Below, piece by piece: positions 52,857 through 62,013 of a stretch of 64,000 nucleotides of DNA. Both the position numbers and the translations under genes were made by a program. Numbering within the stretch: position 1 is the stretch's first letter; every line of letters begins with the position of its first letter. The notes beneath the pieces were generated by a model. That model had not been told where the DNA came from, made no database searches, and saw only the letters and a program-made list of their open reading frames with translations. The DNA comes from an uncultured Candidatus Binatia bacterium (GTDB lineage Bacteria > Desulfobacterota > Binatia > HRBIN30 > CADEER01): NCBI GenBank assembly GCA_965216585.1, contig CBDCGC010000003.1, positions 2,337,219-2,401,218 on the forward strand. The letters run 5' to 3'.

Positions 52857-55800
52857 GTGATTCCCAGGCTACCGCCAGAGGACGCGATCGAACCACTGTA
52901 CCGCGAGTTTCTCGACGAGCTCGGCGCAGGGCCCTTCAGCGGCGACATCCGCACCGACTTCGCCTCGCGCATCGTCCTCGCGACCGACAATAGCGTCCAC
53001 CAGATCGTACCTCAGGCCATCCTCTTCCCGCGCACGCGCAGCGACGTGCAGGCGGTCGGACGTCTCGCCAATCAACACCGATTTCACCGCATCCGTTTCG
53101 CTCCTCGCGGTGGAGGCACAGGAACCAACGGCGGCTCGCTCGGCACGGGAGTGTGTGTCGATCTATCGCGCTACATGAACCGCATTCTCGACCTCGACGT
53201 CGAGGCCAAACGGTTGCGCGTCGAGCCGGGTGTGACACTCGATCAAGTCAACCACTTCCTGGCAGCGCACGGGTTGTTCTTCGCGCCTCACGTCGCCCCG
53301 TCGGATCGCGCCACCTTGGGCGGCATGGTCAGTACCGACGCCAGCGGTATCGGTTCGCGCGTCTATGGCCGCACCAGCAATCACGTCGAGTCGATCGGAG
53401 TGGTTCTCGCCGACGGATCGTACTGGCGCTCGCAGCCCCTGCGGAGCGATGACGCAACGACTGAGTTGCCCGAGCGAATCGCCGCAGCAGCGGCTCTCGT
53501 CGCCAAAATCACACGCACACATGCCGGCGAAATCCAAACCCGTTTCCCGACCCACGACCGCTTCCTCACCGGCTACGACCTCGCCCACGCAGCGCGAGAC
53601 GACGAGATCAATCTGACCGCCATTCTCTGCGGTTCGGAAGGGACTCTCGGCTTCGTCGTCGACGTCGAGCTGCAGTTGACGGCGCGGCCGGCATGCACCG
53701 AGTTGACGGCTCTCTTCTACGCCTCCTTCGACGACGCGCTGGCCGATGCCCAGGCGTTGGTGGATCTCGACCCGACGGCGATCGAGACGATCGACGAGAC
53801 GATTCTCTCGTTGGCGCGCCAGGATCCGGTTTGGCGGCGAGTGGCATCCTGCGTCGAGTCCGCCGGCGCCGGACAAGCGAGGGCGATGAACCTGGTCGAA
53901 GTCAGCGGCAACGACGCCGGCGAGGTCAGCCGGCGGATGACGGAAGTCGACGCGATGGCGGCGCGGGGAGTCGCACTCGGATCCCATCGCGCCGCCCGTC
54001 GCGACGACGCCGAGGCCCTGTGGGAGCTGCGCAAGAAGGGCGTCGGGTTGCTCGGTGCGATGGCGGGCCGACGCCAACCCGTCGCCTTCGTCGAGGACTG
54101 CGCGCTACCACCGTCGGAGCTGCCGGCTTTCGTTCGCGAGATGCGCGAGATCTTGGCAAGCGAGAACCTCGACTACGGAATGTACGGACATGTCGACGTC
54201 GGCTGTCTACACGTCCGGCCGGCCCTCGACCTGCGCGACCCGGCCGACGAGCGGCGCCTGCGCGACATCTCCGACAGAGTCTTCGAGCTCGTACGGGCGC
54301 ACGGCGGTGTGTTCTGGGGCGAGCACGGAAAGGGGTTGCGATCGCACTACAACCCGCAGGTCTTCGGCCCCGTCCTCTACGAGGACTTGTGCCGGATCAA
54401 ACGGGCATTCGATCCGCACGACCAAATGAATCCGGGCAAGGTGGCCACCGCGTCACCGAATGCCAGCCTGGCACCAATCGGTGGGGACTTGCGCGGCACA
54501 CGCGATCGCGACATCGCCGCATCAGTAGAGCGACGGATCGCAGCCACCGTTGCCTGCAACGGCAACGGCGCATGTTTCTCTCTTTCGACGGGGCAGACGA
54601 TGTGCCCATCGATGAAGGAGCGCGGCGACCGCGTTCACTCACCCAAGGGCCGCGCCGCCCTCCTGCGAGAGTGGGCACGCGGTTTGTCGCGGCTCGGCTG
54701 GGACGGCACCGAGCCCTACGCCGCCGCTCGCCTTCGCAACGCCATCGATCCGCAGCGCTGGTCGCGCTTCTTCGCCGGCGCACCGGATTTCTCCCACCAG
54801 GTGTACGACGCCCTCGACGGATGCCTCGCTTGCAAGGCCTGTGTCGGTCAGTGCCCCATCCACGTCGACATACCATCGTACAAAGCCGAGTTCCTCTACG
54901 AGTACCACCAGCGCTACCCGCGTTCCGCCGAAGACGTTCTCATCGCGCGACTGGAATCGGCGCTACCGCACCTTGCGCCGCACGCCGGCGCACTCAACTT
55001 CCTCTTGCAATCGCGGTTCGCCGAATGGTTGTCCGGCAAGGTTTTCGGACTGACCTCCTTGCCACGTCTCGCGTCTCGCCCAGCGGATGCGATCCTGCGC
55101 GAACGCGGCGCGTTGATCCTCGACGGCAACGACTTCGGCGAAGGCGAGGCAGAGGTGGCTCTGTTGCTCGACGCCTTTTCCAACTTCCTGGCGCCGCAGG
55201 TCGCGCTCAGCGCCTACGAAACGATGCGCCAAACCGGCAGAACAGTCGCGGTGTTACCGTACCGCCCGAGCGGCAAATCCTTTCACGTCAAGGGCTACCT
55301 CGCCGAGGCACGCCGATTGGCGGAGGACAACTCGCGGGCCCTGGCGCCGCTCGCCGCCAGCGGTGTGGAAGTTTTTTGCGTCGATCCGGCGATCGCCTTG
55401 TTGTTTCGCCAGGAGTATCCCGCCCTACTCGGAAAGACCGCGGCGGCGCGCGTCTTTCTGCCACAAGAGATTTTGGCGGCGAGTCCAGATCGCCTACCAC
55501 CTGCCGGCGGCAGCGGTAGCTACGTTCTCCTCGCGCACTGCACCGAATCGACGACCCTGGCGAGCGCCGGAGACGATTGGAAGCGCGTTTTCGCTGCAGC
55601 CGGGTTGCGGCTCGAGACGAGGCGAGTTGGTTGTTGTGGCATGGCCGGCGCCTACGGACACCAAGCGCGACACCAAGAGGCGTCACGCCGCATCTTCAAT
55701 CTCTCCTGGGCTCAGCCGATCAAAGATCTGAGCCCATCGAGAATCCTCGTTACCGGCCACTCGTGCCGCACCCAGGTCGAACGCCTGGCCGGCTTTTCTC

Positions 55801-55871
55801 CGCGCCACCCGCTGCAGGTTCTGGAGGAAAGATGGGCATCATCAGCGCCCGATCCGGTTGAGACGCTGTAG
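52857..55871 (+). CDS. FAD-linked oxidase fused to (Fe-S)/CCG-domain module, YdiJ-like (D-2-hydroxyacid dehydrogenase-type)
   Basis: 1004 aa; N-terminal FAD-binding PCMH domain (RGGGTGTNGGS), central 4Fe-4S motif (CLACKACVGQCP), C-terminal Cys-rich CCG domains (CCGMAGAYG...HSCRTQ). Same size and architecture as E. coli YdiJ. Confidence 0.8.
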   Translation: MIPRLPPEDAIEPLYREFLDELGAGPFSGDIRTDFASRIVLATDNSVHQIVPQAILFPRTRSDVQAVGRLANQHRFHRIRFAPRGGGTGTNGGSLGTGVCVDLSRYMNRILDLDVEAKRLRVEPGVTLDQVNHFLAAHGLFFAPHVAPSDRATLGGMVSTDASGIGSRVYGRTSNHVESIGVVLADGSYWRSQPLRSDDATTELPERIAAAAALVAKITRTHAGEIQTRFPTHDRFLTGYDLAHAARDDEINLTAILCGSEGTLGFVVDVELQLTARPACTELTALFYASFDDALADAQALVDLDPTAIETIDETILSLARQDPVWRRVASCVESAGAGQARAMNLVEVSGNDAGEVSRRMTEVDAMAARGVALGSHRAARRDDAEALWELRKKGVGLLGAMAGRRQPVAFVEDCALPPSELPAFVREMREILASENLDYGMYGHVDVGCLHVRPALDLRDPADERRLRDISDRVFELVRAHGGVFWGEHGKGLRSHYNPQVFGPVLYEDLCRIKRAFDPHDQMNPGKVATASPNASLAPIGGDLRGTRDRDIAASVERRIAATVACNGNGACFSLSTGQTMCPSMKERGDRVHSPKGRAALLREWARGLSRLGWDGTEPYAAARLRNAIDPQRWSRFFAGAPDFSHQVYDALDGCLACKACVGQCPIHVDIPSYKAEFLYEYHQRYPRSAEDVLIARLESALPHLAPHAGALNFLLQSRFAEWLSGKVFGLTSLPRLASRPADAILRERGALILDGNDFGEGEAEVALLLDAFSNFLAPQVALSAYETMRQTGRTVAVLPYRPSGKSFHVKGYLAEARRLAEDNSRALAPLAASGVEVFCVDPAIALLFRQEYPALLGKTAAARVFLPQEILAASPDRLPPAGGSGSYVLLAHCTESTTLASAGDDWKRVFAAAGLRLETRRVGCCGMAGAYGHQARHQEASRRIFNLSWAQPIKDLSPSRILVTGHSCRTQVERLAGFSPRHPLQVLEERWASSAPDPVETL

Positions 55872-56251
55872 TTCCACACGATCTTCACGGCGGCTTGGGG
55901 GTCGTTAGGATCGATGTCCGGAAAAGGCCATCCGTAGACGTAGTTCGGTACGTTGCCGCTGCTGCGTTCGATGACCGTGCCGTCCGGAGGCAAAGCGTAG
56001 CGGCCGCGGTTGCGTTCGAGCGCTGCCTGAAAGATCGGATCGTCACCGATCTCTTCGACGTCGAAGTCGCGAACCTCGTGGCGCAAATCGCCACGCCGAT
56101 AGGCCTCCAGAAACTCCGCCGGCAGCAAGCCCCGAGCCTGCTGCCAACTCTCGGTGCCGAGGACGACACCCGGCTCAACGCCGCGCGCGGCCGGCGTACA
56201 GAGCAGGCAAACCAGCAGCTGTGCTAGTATCCTGAAGCGGACTTTCGACAC
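55872..56251 (-). CDS. small secreted protein, probably a truncated remnant
   Basis: Signal peptide MSKVRFRILAQLLVCLLCTPAARG. The 55712..56251 ORF runs 160 nt into the 3' end of the ydiJ-like gene, suggesting truncation. Confidence 0.3.
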
Positions 56252-56275
56252 CCGCTCACAGCGCCGCGAACGAAA

Positions 56276-56575
56276 CTACCAGCAGAGAATCGCGGCCGTA
56301 CCGTCCGGCTTGCGGCATTCCAGACCGACGTGGAGGCGGCGCTCGTCCCGGAGGTCGGCTCCGGCATCATCGACCGGCTCGTGGAGAAAGAGTTGGCTCT
56401 CGTCACGAGTAAAGTAGGTCGCCACGAGCACGACGAGGATCGCCGCGCCGGTGCCAACGGCGCTCCAAAGCAGGATTTCGTCCGTGTCCAAAGCATCCGC
56501 CGGGTGCGGGTTGGTCGCGGCAATCGCAAACAACGCCACTACCGCCATCAGCACAGCTCTCATCCACTTTCTCAT
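56276..56575 (-). CDS. small membrane protein (two hydrophobic helices), hypothetical
   Basis: MRKWMRAVLMAVVALFAIAA...GAAILVVLVATYF. Confidence 0.35.
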   Translation of the reverse strand: MRKWMRAVLMAVVALFAIAATNPHPADALDTDEILLWSAVGTGAAILVVLVATYFTRDESQLFLHEPVDDAGADLRDERRLHVGLECRKPDGTAAILCW

Positions 56576-56929
56576 CTCAAGCCTCCGTCAGCTCTCTTGC
56601 GAACGACGGCGACTGATCCGTGATCCGCGTTGCGAGCGATGCATCGATCGTAGTGCGCAGCGTATGACGCATCCCAAAGCAAGTCCACACAGAAAAACCT
56701 CCCACTGGGCCGGCCGCCTATCCAACCCCGCGGAAAATATGCATAACAACATACAAGCCCAAAAACAGAGAGCCTCCCAGGGCGAGCGATCTCTTGTCAA
56801 ACGATCGTTTGCTGCGAATGAATTTGAGACAAACGGTATTGCAAGAAGTCCGACGCGAGGAAGACTCAGTGTGCCCAAAGATCGACAGGCCCCGACCGGA
56901 CGAATCCTGCCGAGGCCTGTGAGTCTCCG

Positions 56930-56988
56930 CTACTCTGGTGAGAGTAGGTGCGGAGCGTGAAACGGATTCTGTCAGACCTACTCTCACC
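56930..56988. promoter_or_regulatory. operator-like inverted repeat: ctactct-GGTGAGAGTAGG ... 29 nt ... CCTACTCTCACC downstream of the XRE repressor gene; same 13-mer recurs at 57393-57405
   Basis: tGGTGAGAGTAGG at 56936-56948, its reverse complement at 56977-56988, and catGGTGAGAGTAGG at 57391-57405 in the divergent promoter region. Confidence 0.35.
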
Positions 56989-57023
56989 ATGTCCAGTATC
57001 GTGCCACAGGCTCCCCGCTCCAG

Positions 57024-57275
57024 TCAATCACAGTCCACAAAGAAACGGCCGACCGGTATGCCGAATGCGCGTGAGATCGCCTCCAAACTGCGGGCATTAG
57101 GCACCCTCTCGCCCGACTCCCAGCGCCGGACGGTCATCCCTCGCAACTTCGGCGCCTCCAGGCCCTGAGCCTCCAGTGAGCGACAAATAGTATCCGCGAA
57201 GCGCTCGGGGCTCATGTCCATCCCCTCGCGCAGTGTACGGATCTCCCCGGGCTCAAACCTCTGACCTAGTCCCAT
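57024..57275 (-). CDS. XRE-family helix-turn-helix transcriptional repressor (phage Cro/CI-like)
   Basis: MSPERFADTICRSL...GMTVRRWESGERVPNARSLEAISRAFGIP HTH_3 signature. True start is probably the internal Met (about 57221). Confidence 0.7.
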   Translation of the reverse strand: MGLGQRFEPGEIRTLREGMDMSPERFADTICRSLEAQGLEAPKLRGMTVRRWESGERVPNARSLEAISRAFGIPVGRFFVDCD

Positions 57276-57345
57276 ATCGGGGGTTGCACTACCACACTCC
57301 TTCAGGCTATGTCAAATCGATGTTCTCTTTTCGGTTGAAACATAC

Positions 57346-57385
57346 TCCTCATTTCGGTTGACATTTGGGCGCGGGGATGCGACTA
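57346..57385 (+). promoter_or_regulatory. putative rightward early promoter: TTGACA, then about 18-20 nt, then TATAAG; preceded by direct repeat tttcggttga x2
   Basis: cggTTGACAtttgggcgcggggatgcgacTATAAGg immediately upstream of the 57392 ORF. Confidence 0.3.
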
Positions 57386-57391
57386 TAAGGC

Positions 57392-57793
57392 ATGGTGAGA
57401 GTAGGAACAGAGGCAAGAACCCCCGCCGAAACCAGCAGATTTTCAGCGGATTGCCCATATTGCGGGCGCATCGACTGCGGTTGCTACGACGGCCGCGTTG
57501 TCGCCGGCGGCCTGGTGGCAGTGATCGCTGGCTACGAGGGGGCGGGCGTCGACTGGCCGGTATATCCGACCACCGGAGTGGAGCACTCGACCAATCGGGA
57601 GATCCCCGGCGAGGCGATCGACACCGGCCACCTGGCCGACTGGCTCGGTCTGCCGGCGGGCGAGATTGAGCGACTGACGGCGATCGCCAACGAGGGTGAC
57701 CTCAGGCGCGCGCTTGCCGCGATGATCGAATGTCCGGATTGCGCCGAGTTCCCGAGCTGGTGCGAGTGTGCGGCCAGCGAGGTGGCGGCATGA
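57392..57793 (+). CDS. hypothetical Cys-rich protein (CPYCGRIDCGC ... CPDCAEFPSWCEC)
   Basis: 133-aa ORF whose first codons overlap the operator-like 13-mer. Translationally coupled (ATGA) to the next ORF. Confidence 0.4.
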   Translation: MVRVGTEARTPAETSRFSADCPYCGRIDCGCYDGRVVAGGLVAVIAGYEGAGVDWPVYPTTGVEHSTNREIPGEAIDTGHLADWLGLPAGEIERLTAIANEGDLRRALAAMIECPDCAEFPSWCECAASEVAA

Positions 57794-58011
57794 TCGAGGA
57801 TCGGTGGCTGACGCAGTCGCGGGCGATCTATAGGCGCCTGCTGGACGGCACCGCAACCGCGCGCGATCGACTCGACATCGCGATCATGGTGCATGAGATG
57901 CGCGAGGCGCACCTGCCGGTACCGGCCGAGATCGTGGCGGCTGCCGGCGCGCCGCCGGCTTGGTACCTCGCTGGCGACCCGATGCCGGCGGCAGAGCGGA
58001 GGAGGGTTTAG
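57790..58011 (+). CDS. hypothetical protein
   Basis: MIEDRWLTQSRAIYRRLLDG...; ATGA overlap with the upstream ORF. Confidence 0.3.
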   Translation: MIEDRWLTQSRAIYRRLLDGTATARDRLDIAIMVHEMREAHLPVPAEIVAAAGAPPAWYLAGDPMPAAERRRV

Positions 58012-58013
58012 GG

Positions 58014-59894
58014 ATGAGGATCTCCCGGGACGCAGAGCGCTGGGTGGCCGAGAGCACCTACGAGGAGCGGGCCATTCCGAAACGCGCCGGCTGGCGTTGG
58101 GACCCGAAGGACAAGTGCTGGTGGACGGACGACATCGAGAAGGCGGCGCGACTAGCGGAGTACGCCGACGAGGGTTGCGCCGATGAACTGCGGCCGATCC
58201 TCGATGAGCAGCAGGCCGCACTGGCGGCGTCGCGCGCTGTAGATTCCGACATCGACGTCCCCGCGCCGGACGGCCTGGCGTACCTCCCGTACCAACGCGG
58301 AGGCATTGCCTTCGCCGCCGCGCGCGAAGCCTGCCTGATCGGCGACGAGATGGGGCTTGGCAAGACGATTCAGGCCCTCGGCGTGATCAACCTCGACGAA
58401 TCGATCCGCCGCGTCCTGGTTGTCTGTCCCGCGTCACTCAAGGCCAACTGGGCCATCGAGGCGCGCAAGTGGCTGGTCCGCGACATGTCGGTGGGCATCG
58501 CGGCAGGTAGGCGCCTGCCCGACGCCGATGTCGTGATCGTCAACTACGCAATCCTCACCAAGCTGCCGCTCGATTCCGTGGAGTGGGACCTGCTCATCGC
58601 CGACGAGTGCCACTACGCGAAGAATCCCAAAGCCAAGCGCACGAAAGCGCTCTTTGCGGTCAAGGCGGCGCGCAGGATTCTTCTCACCGGAACCCCGATC
58701 GTCAACCGGCCCGTCGAGCTCTGGCCGCTGATCAAGTACCTCGACCCGAAGCGCTGGAAGAACAAGATGAGGTTCGGCTGGCGCTACTGCGGCGCGCATC
58801 AGAACGCCTACGGGTACTGGGACTTCTCGGGCGCCACGAATCTCGACGAGCTGCAGGAGATTCTCCGTAGCACGATCATGGTTCGCCGGTTGAAGGTCGA
58901 CGTTCTTACTGACCTTCCGCCCAAGGTCCGCCAGGTTGTCGAGTTGCCGTCGGATGGCATGGACTGGGCGCACGAATCGGACGCCAGCGACGCCTACGAC
59001 GACCTGCAAGCTGCGGAGGAAGAGGTCGACGCCCTCGACGAGTCCGCGCCCGGGTACGAGGCCGCGGTCGGCCGACTCAAGCAGGCCAGGCGGTTTTTCT
59101 TCGACGAAATCAGCCGGGTGCGGCACGAGACGGCGCTCGCGAAAGTGCCGCACGCAATCGAGCACCTGCACAACGCGCTCGAGGACGGCCGCAAGATCGT
59201 GTGCTTCGCGCACCACCATGACGTCATCGAGGCGCTGGCCTCCGAGTTTGGTGACTCGGCGGTAGTGATCTACGGCGAAACGAATGTGGACGACCGGCAG
59301 GGCGCCGTCGACCGCTTCCAGTCCGATCCGGATTGCCGCCTCTTCGTTGGCAGCATCGGCGCCGCCGGAGTCGGGCTAACGCTCACCGCGGCGGCGCACG
59401 TTGTCTTTGTCGAGCTCGACTGGGTGCCGGGCAATGTCAGCCAGGCAGAGGATCGCTGCCACCGCATCGGACAGCGCGATAGCGTGCTGGTGCAACACCT
59501 GGTCTTCAACGGATCAATCGACGCCCGTATCGCGCGCACGATCATCGCCAAGCAGCGGGTGATTGACGATGCACTCGATACGCAGCACCTGCCCGCCGAA
59601 CCCGCACAACCGAAGCCGGTCGCACACGACCCGGAGCTACCGGCCGCGCAGGTGGAAGCGATCCACAATGGGTTGCGGATGTTGGCCGCATTCTGCGACG
59701 GAGCTCGCGAGGTCGATGGGGCCGGATTCAACAAACTCGATACCGACTTTGGGAAATCCCTTGCAGGTGCCCAGTCGCTGAGCCCTAAGCAGGCCAGGGC
59801 TGGTCGCAAGCTCGTGAGGAAGTACCGGCGACAGTTACCAGATGACCTGGTCGCAGTAGCCGTCGACGGCCCGCAAGCCGAGGTAACGGCATGA
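58014..59894 (+). CDS. SNF2/RAD54-family DEAD/DEAH-box helicase (phage-type)
   Basis: GGAGG Shine-Dalgarno; motifs GDEMGLGKT (I), DECH (II), LLTGTPIVN (III), C-terminal helicase domain (GSIGAAGVGLTLTAA, QAEDRCHRIGQ). Confidence 0.85.
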   Translation: MRISRDAERWVAESTYEERAIPKRAGWRWDPKDKCWWTDDIEKAARLAEYADEGCADELRPILDEQQAALAASRAVDSDIDVPAPDGLAYLPYQRGGIAFAAAREACLIGDEMGLGKTIQALGVINLDESIRRVLVVCPASLKANWAIEARKWLVRDMSVGIAAGRRLPDADVVIVNYAILTKLPLDSVEWDLLIADECHYAKNPKAKRTKALFAVKAARRILLTGTPIVNRPVELWPLIKYLDPKRWKNKMRFGWRYCGAHQNAYGYWDFSGATNLDELQEILRSTIMVRRLKVDVLTDLPPKVRQVVELPSDGMDWAHESDASDAYDDLQAAEEEVDALDESAPGYEAAVGRLKQARRFFFDEISRVRHETALAKVPHAIEHLHNALEDGRKIVCFAHHHDVIEALASEFGDSAVVIYGETNVDDRQGAVDRFQSDPDCRLFVGSIGAAGVGLTLTAAAHVVFVELDWVPGNVSQAEDRCHRIGQRDSVLVQHLVFNGSIDARIARTIIAKQRVIDDALDTQHLPAEPAQPKPVAHDPELPAAQVEAIHNGLRMLAAFCDGAREVDGAGFNKLDTDFGKSLAGAQSLSPKQARAGRKLVRKYRRQLPDDLVAVAVDGPQAEVTA

Positions 59895-60181
59895 CCGGCC
59901 GCTATTGCCCGAAGTGCCGCGCCATCTGGTGTCACCCCTCGGCGTACTGCGAGCACCTGCGAGTCGACGGCTACGCGCAGGATATGCGGCTCTACGTCGA
60001 CGCGGTGCGCCGGGAGGCCGAGGCGATCGCGCAGGCGGTGGAGGGCATCGACCGCACCGCACTGTCGAGCCCGGAGCTCGCGGCGATCGCGGATCGGATG
60101 GAGCAGCGCAGCAGCGAGCTGCTCGACATCACGGACACGGCCGCGACGACGATTGAGCGGCTACAGCGGGGGCTGTCGTGA
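59891..60181 (+). CDS. hypothetical zinc-ribbon-like protein
   Basis: CPKCRAIWCHPSAYCEH N-terminus; overlaps the helicase stop. Confidence 0.35.
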   Translation: MTGRYCPKCRAIWCHPSAYCEHLRVDGYAQDMRLYVDAVRREAEAIAQAVEGIDRTALSSPELAAIADRMEQRSSELLDITDTAATTIERLQRGLS

Positions 60182-60450
60182 TGGTTGGGGCCGCATTCGG
60201 GATTATTGCCGGAATCGAACTGGGAAAGGTCTTTCGGCTCGAGATCTTGCGGCGGGTGCAGACCCTAACCGGCCCGGATCGGCTTCACATCTGGGCGTAC
60301 TGGCTGGCGGACTATCACCCCGGGCACCCAGACGGAGAACACCGAATCGCCGAACGCGGCCAGTTCTTTGTCGTGTACGAAGACGAAGCCGATCGGCGCT
60401 GGCCCGACGCCGTCAGTGTGGACACGGACATTGGCCGGGAGGCGGCGTGA
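60178..60450 (+). CDS. hypothetical protein
   Basis: 90-aa ORF in the translationally coupled phage-like array. Confidence 0.3.
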   Translation: MMVGAAFGIIAGIELGKVFRLEILRRVQTLTGPDRLHIWAYWLADYHPGHPDGEHRIAERGQFFVVYEDEADRRWPDAVSVDTDIGREAA

Positions 60451-60890
60451 TGGCCGCCAGGGTTTCCGTTGCCGAAGCTCGATCGCGACGAGATGCGGAC
60501 TTTGCCGCCGGCGCTGATGCGCGCCGCAAGCAGATCGCCCGCGAGCTGCGATCCATTGCACGTCAGGTTGAGTGCGGCGACTCCGACGAAACGGTGCTCG
60601 CCGCCGCCGGGCGACTGATCCAGCACAACCAAGCCAGCCGCGAACGGTGCGCGGCCTTCTACTCAATCCACGAAGCGGCCGCCGGCACCGGGTCGAGCGT
60701 GTCCTACCGCGTCGACGCGCACGTTGAGAGCGAGACGGTCCCTGCCGGGTCGTTTCCGGCCTTCGACGAGGCGCTCGACTACTGCCGCGACGTCTTCGCG
60801 CGCCGCGGGGCCAGGTTCGGAATCGATCGAGTCTGCGACGGGCACTGGGTGACCGCGTCGCTACAGATCACGGGAGGTACAACGACATGA
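60450..60890 (+). CDS. hypothetical protein
   Basis: ATG 60450 overlaps the upstream stop; 146 aa. Confidence 0.35.
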   Translation: MAARVSVAEARSRRDADFAAGADARRKQIARELRSIARQVECGDSDETVLAAAGRLIQHNQASRERCAAFYSIHEAAAGTGSSVSYRVDAHVESETVPAGSFPAFDEALDYCRDVFARRGARFGIDRVCDGHWVTASLQITGGTTT

Positions 60891-61810
60891 TCACAGAAGA
60901 GCAACGACAGCGACGCAAGGGCTTTCTCGGGTCGTCCGATGCGGCGGCGGTATTCGATCTCGACCCCTTCCGAGACAAGACCTCAGTCTACTGGGACAAG
61001 GTCGCGGACATGCCCGACGATGGGCCAACCGCATCAATGCGCGCGGGCAACCTGCTCGAGGGCGCCATCCTCGACTACGCAGCGCAGGAGCTCGGCGTTG
61101 AGATCGAGCGAGATATCGAAATTGCGCCGCCGGCAGATCTGCCGTACATGGGCGCCAATCTCGACGGGCGCGTCGACGGCAAGACTCACGAGGGCGTCGA
61201 GGCTAAGTACGACACCTTCACGGTCGACCAGTGGGGCGACGAAGGGACGGACCAGGTACCCGAGCGCGTCATCGTGCAGGTGCACCACCAGATGGCGGTG
61301 GCGGCGCTCGACCGAGTGTGGGTTCCGGTGCTCAAGCCGCGCGGCTTCGGCTTGTACGTGGTCGACCGATCCGAGGAGTTGATATCCCAGGTCATCGAGG
61401 GCGAGCGGAAGTTCTGGGACGAGCATGTGTTGGCAGAGTTGCCGCCGTCGGGCGACCCGACCCCGCCGCTGGCGTACCTCAAGGCGCGCAACCGTGAACC
61501 GGAGTCGATCGTAGATCTCGACGAGGCGGCCCTTGAAGCCTGGCGCGAGCTCGAAGAGAGGCGCGCAACCGCTAAGGCCGCGAAAGAGGATGTCGACGCG
61601 GCGCAGGCGCGCGTGATTGATCTACTCGGGGACGCCGAGGGTGGACGTCTGCCCTCCGGTGACCTGATCACTTTCCTCGAGCAGAAGTCGGCGCCGTCGT
61701 GCGACAGCAAGCGGCTGCGCGCGTTGCATCCGGACGTGTACCGCGAGTTCTTCCGCCAAGGTACGCACCGGCGACTCAGGCTCAAGGCAGCGAAGAGGGC
61801 GGCGGCGTGA
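60887..61810 (+). CDS. YqaJ-like viral recombinase-domain exonuclease (PD-(D/E)XK, lambda-Exo-like)
   Basis: RRKGFLGSSDAAAVFDLDPFRDKTSVYWDK...MRAGNLLEGAILDYAAQELG...ANLDGRVDG...EAKYD pattern typical of YqaJ; paired with RecT. Confidence 0.7.
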   Translation: MITEEQRQRRKGFLGSSDAAAVFDLDPFRDKTSVYWDKVADMPDDGPTASMRAGNLLEGAILDYAAQELGVEIERDIEIAPPADLPYMGANLDGRVDGKTHEGVEAKYDTFTVDQWGDEGTDQVPERVIVQVHHQMAVAALDRVWVPVLKPRGFGLYVVDRSEELISQVIEGERKFWDEHVLAELPPSGDPTPPLAYLKARNREPESIVDLDEAALEAWRELEERRATAKAAKEDVDAAQARVIDLLGDAEGGRLPSGDLITFLEQKSAPSCDSKRLRALHPDVYREFFRQGTHRRLRLKAAKRAAA

Positions 61811-62013
61811 CGAACCACCCGTCAGCGCCGAGCGGCTCCGTGCTTCCCCTAGGGGCACGGGGAGTCTCGAAGGGGGCTCGTGCGCAGTTTCCTTGTTGTA
61901 TCGGCGCAAGCGCACCGCGTGCCGTCCGCTGCGCTGCTCATCGGCTGGCCCTCCGGGAGCAATAGACGGCAAGGGCCGATTTTCATCGACGAAAATCCAG
62001 AAAGGAGATTGTG

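Noticed and set aside
53693-55519. 608-aa Arg-rich plus ORF within the ydiJ-like gene
   Set aside because: +1 frame of the real 1004-aa CDS; no domains.
56580-57020. Searched the gene-free, lower-GC stretch (and other intergenic gaps) for a tRNA/tmRNA that could be a prophage attachment site
   Set aside because: No cloverleaf-compatible sequence or GTTCGAATC-type T-loop recognisable by eye. Cannot exclude without tRNAscan-SE.
56938-57168. 76-aa plus-strand ORF starting within the operator-like inverted repeat
   Set aside because: No Shine-Dalgarno, odd composition, and it spans the region where the repressor gene's 3' end lies on the other strand. Treated as non-coding.
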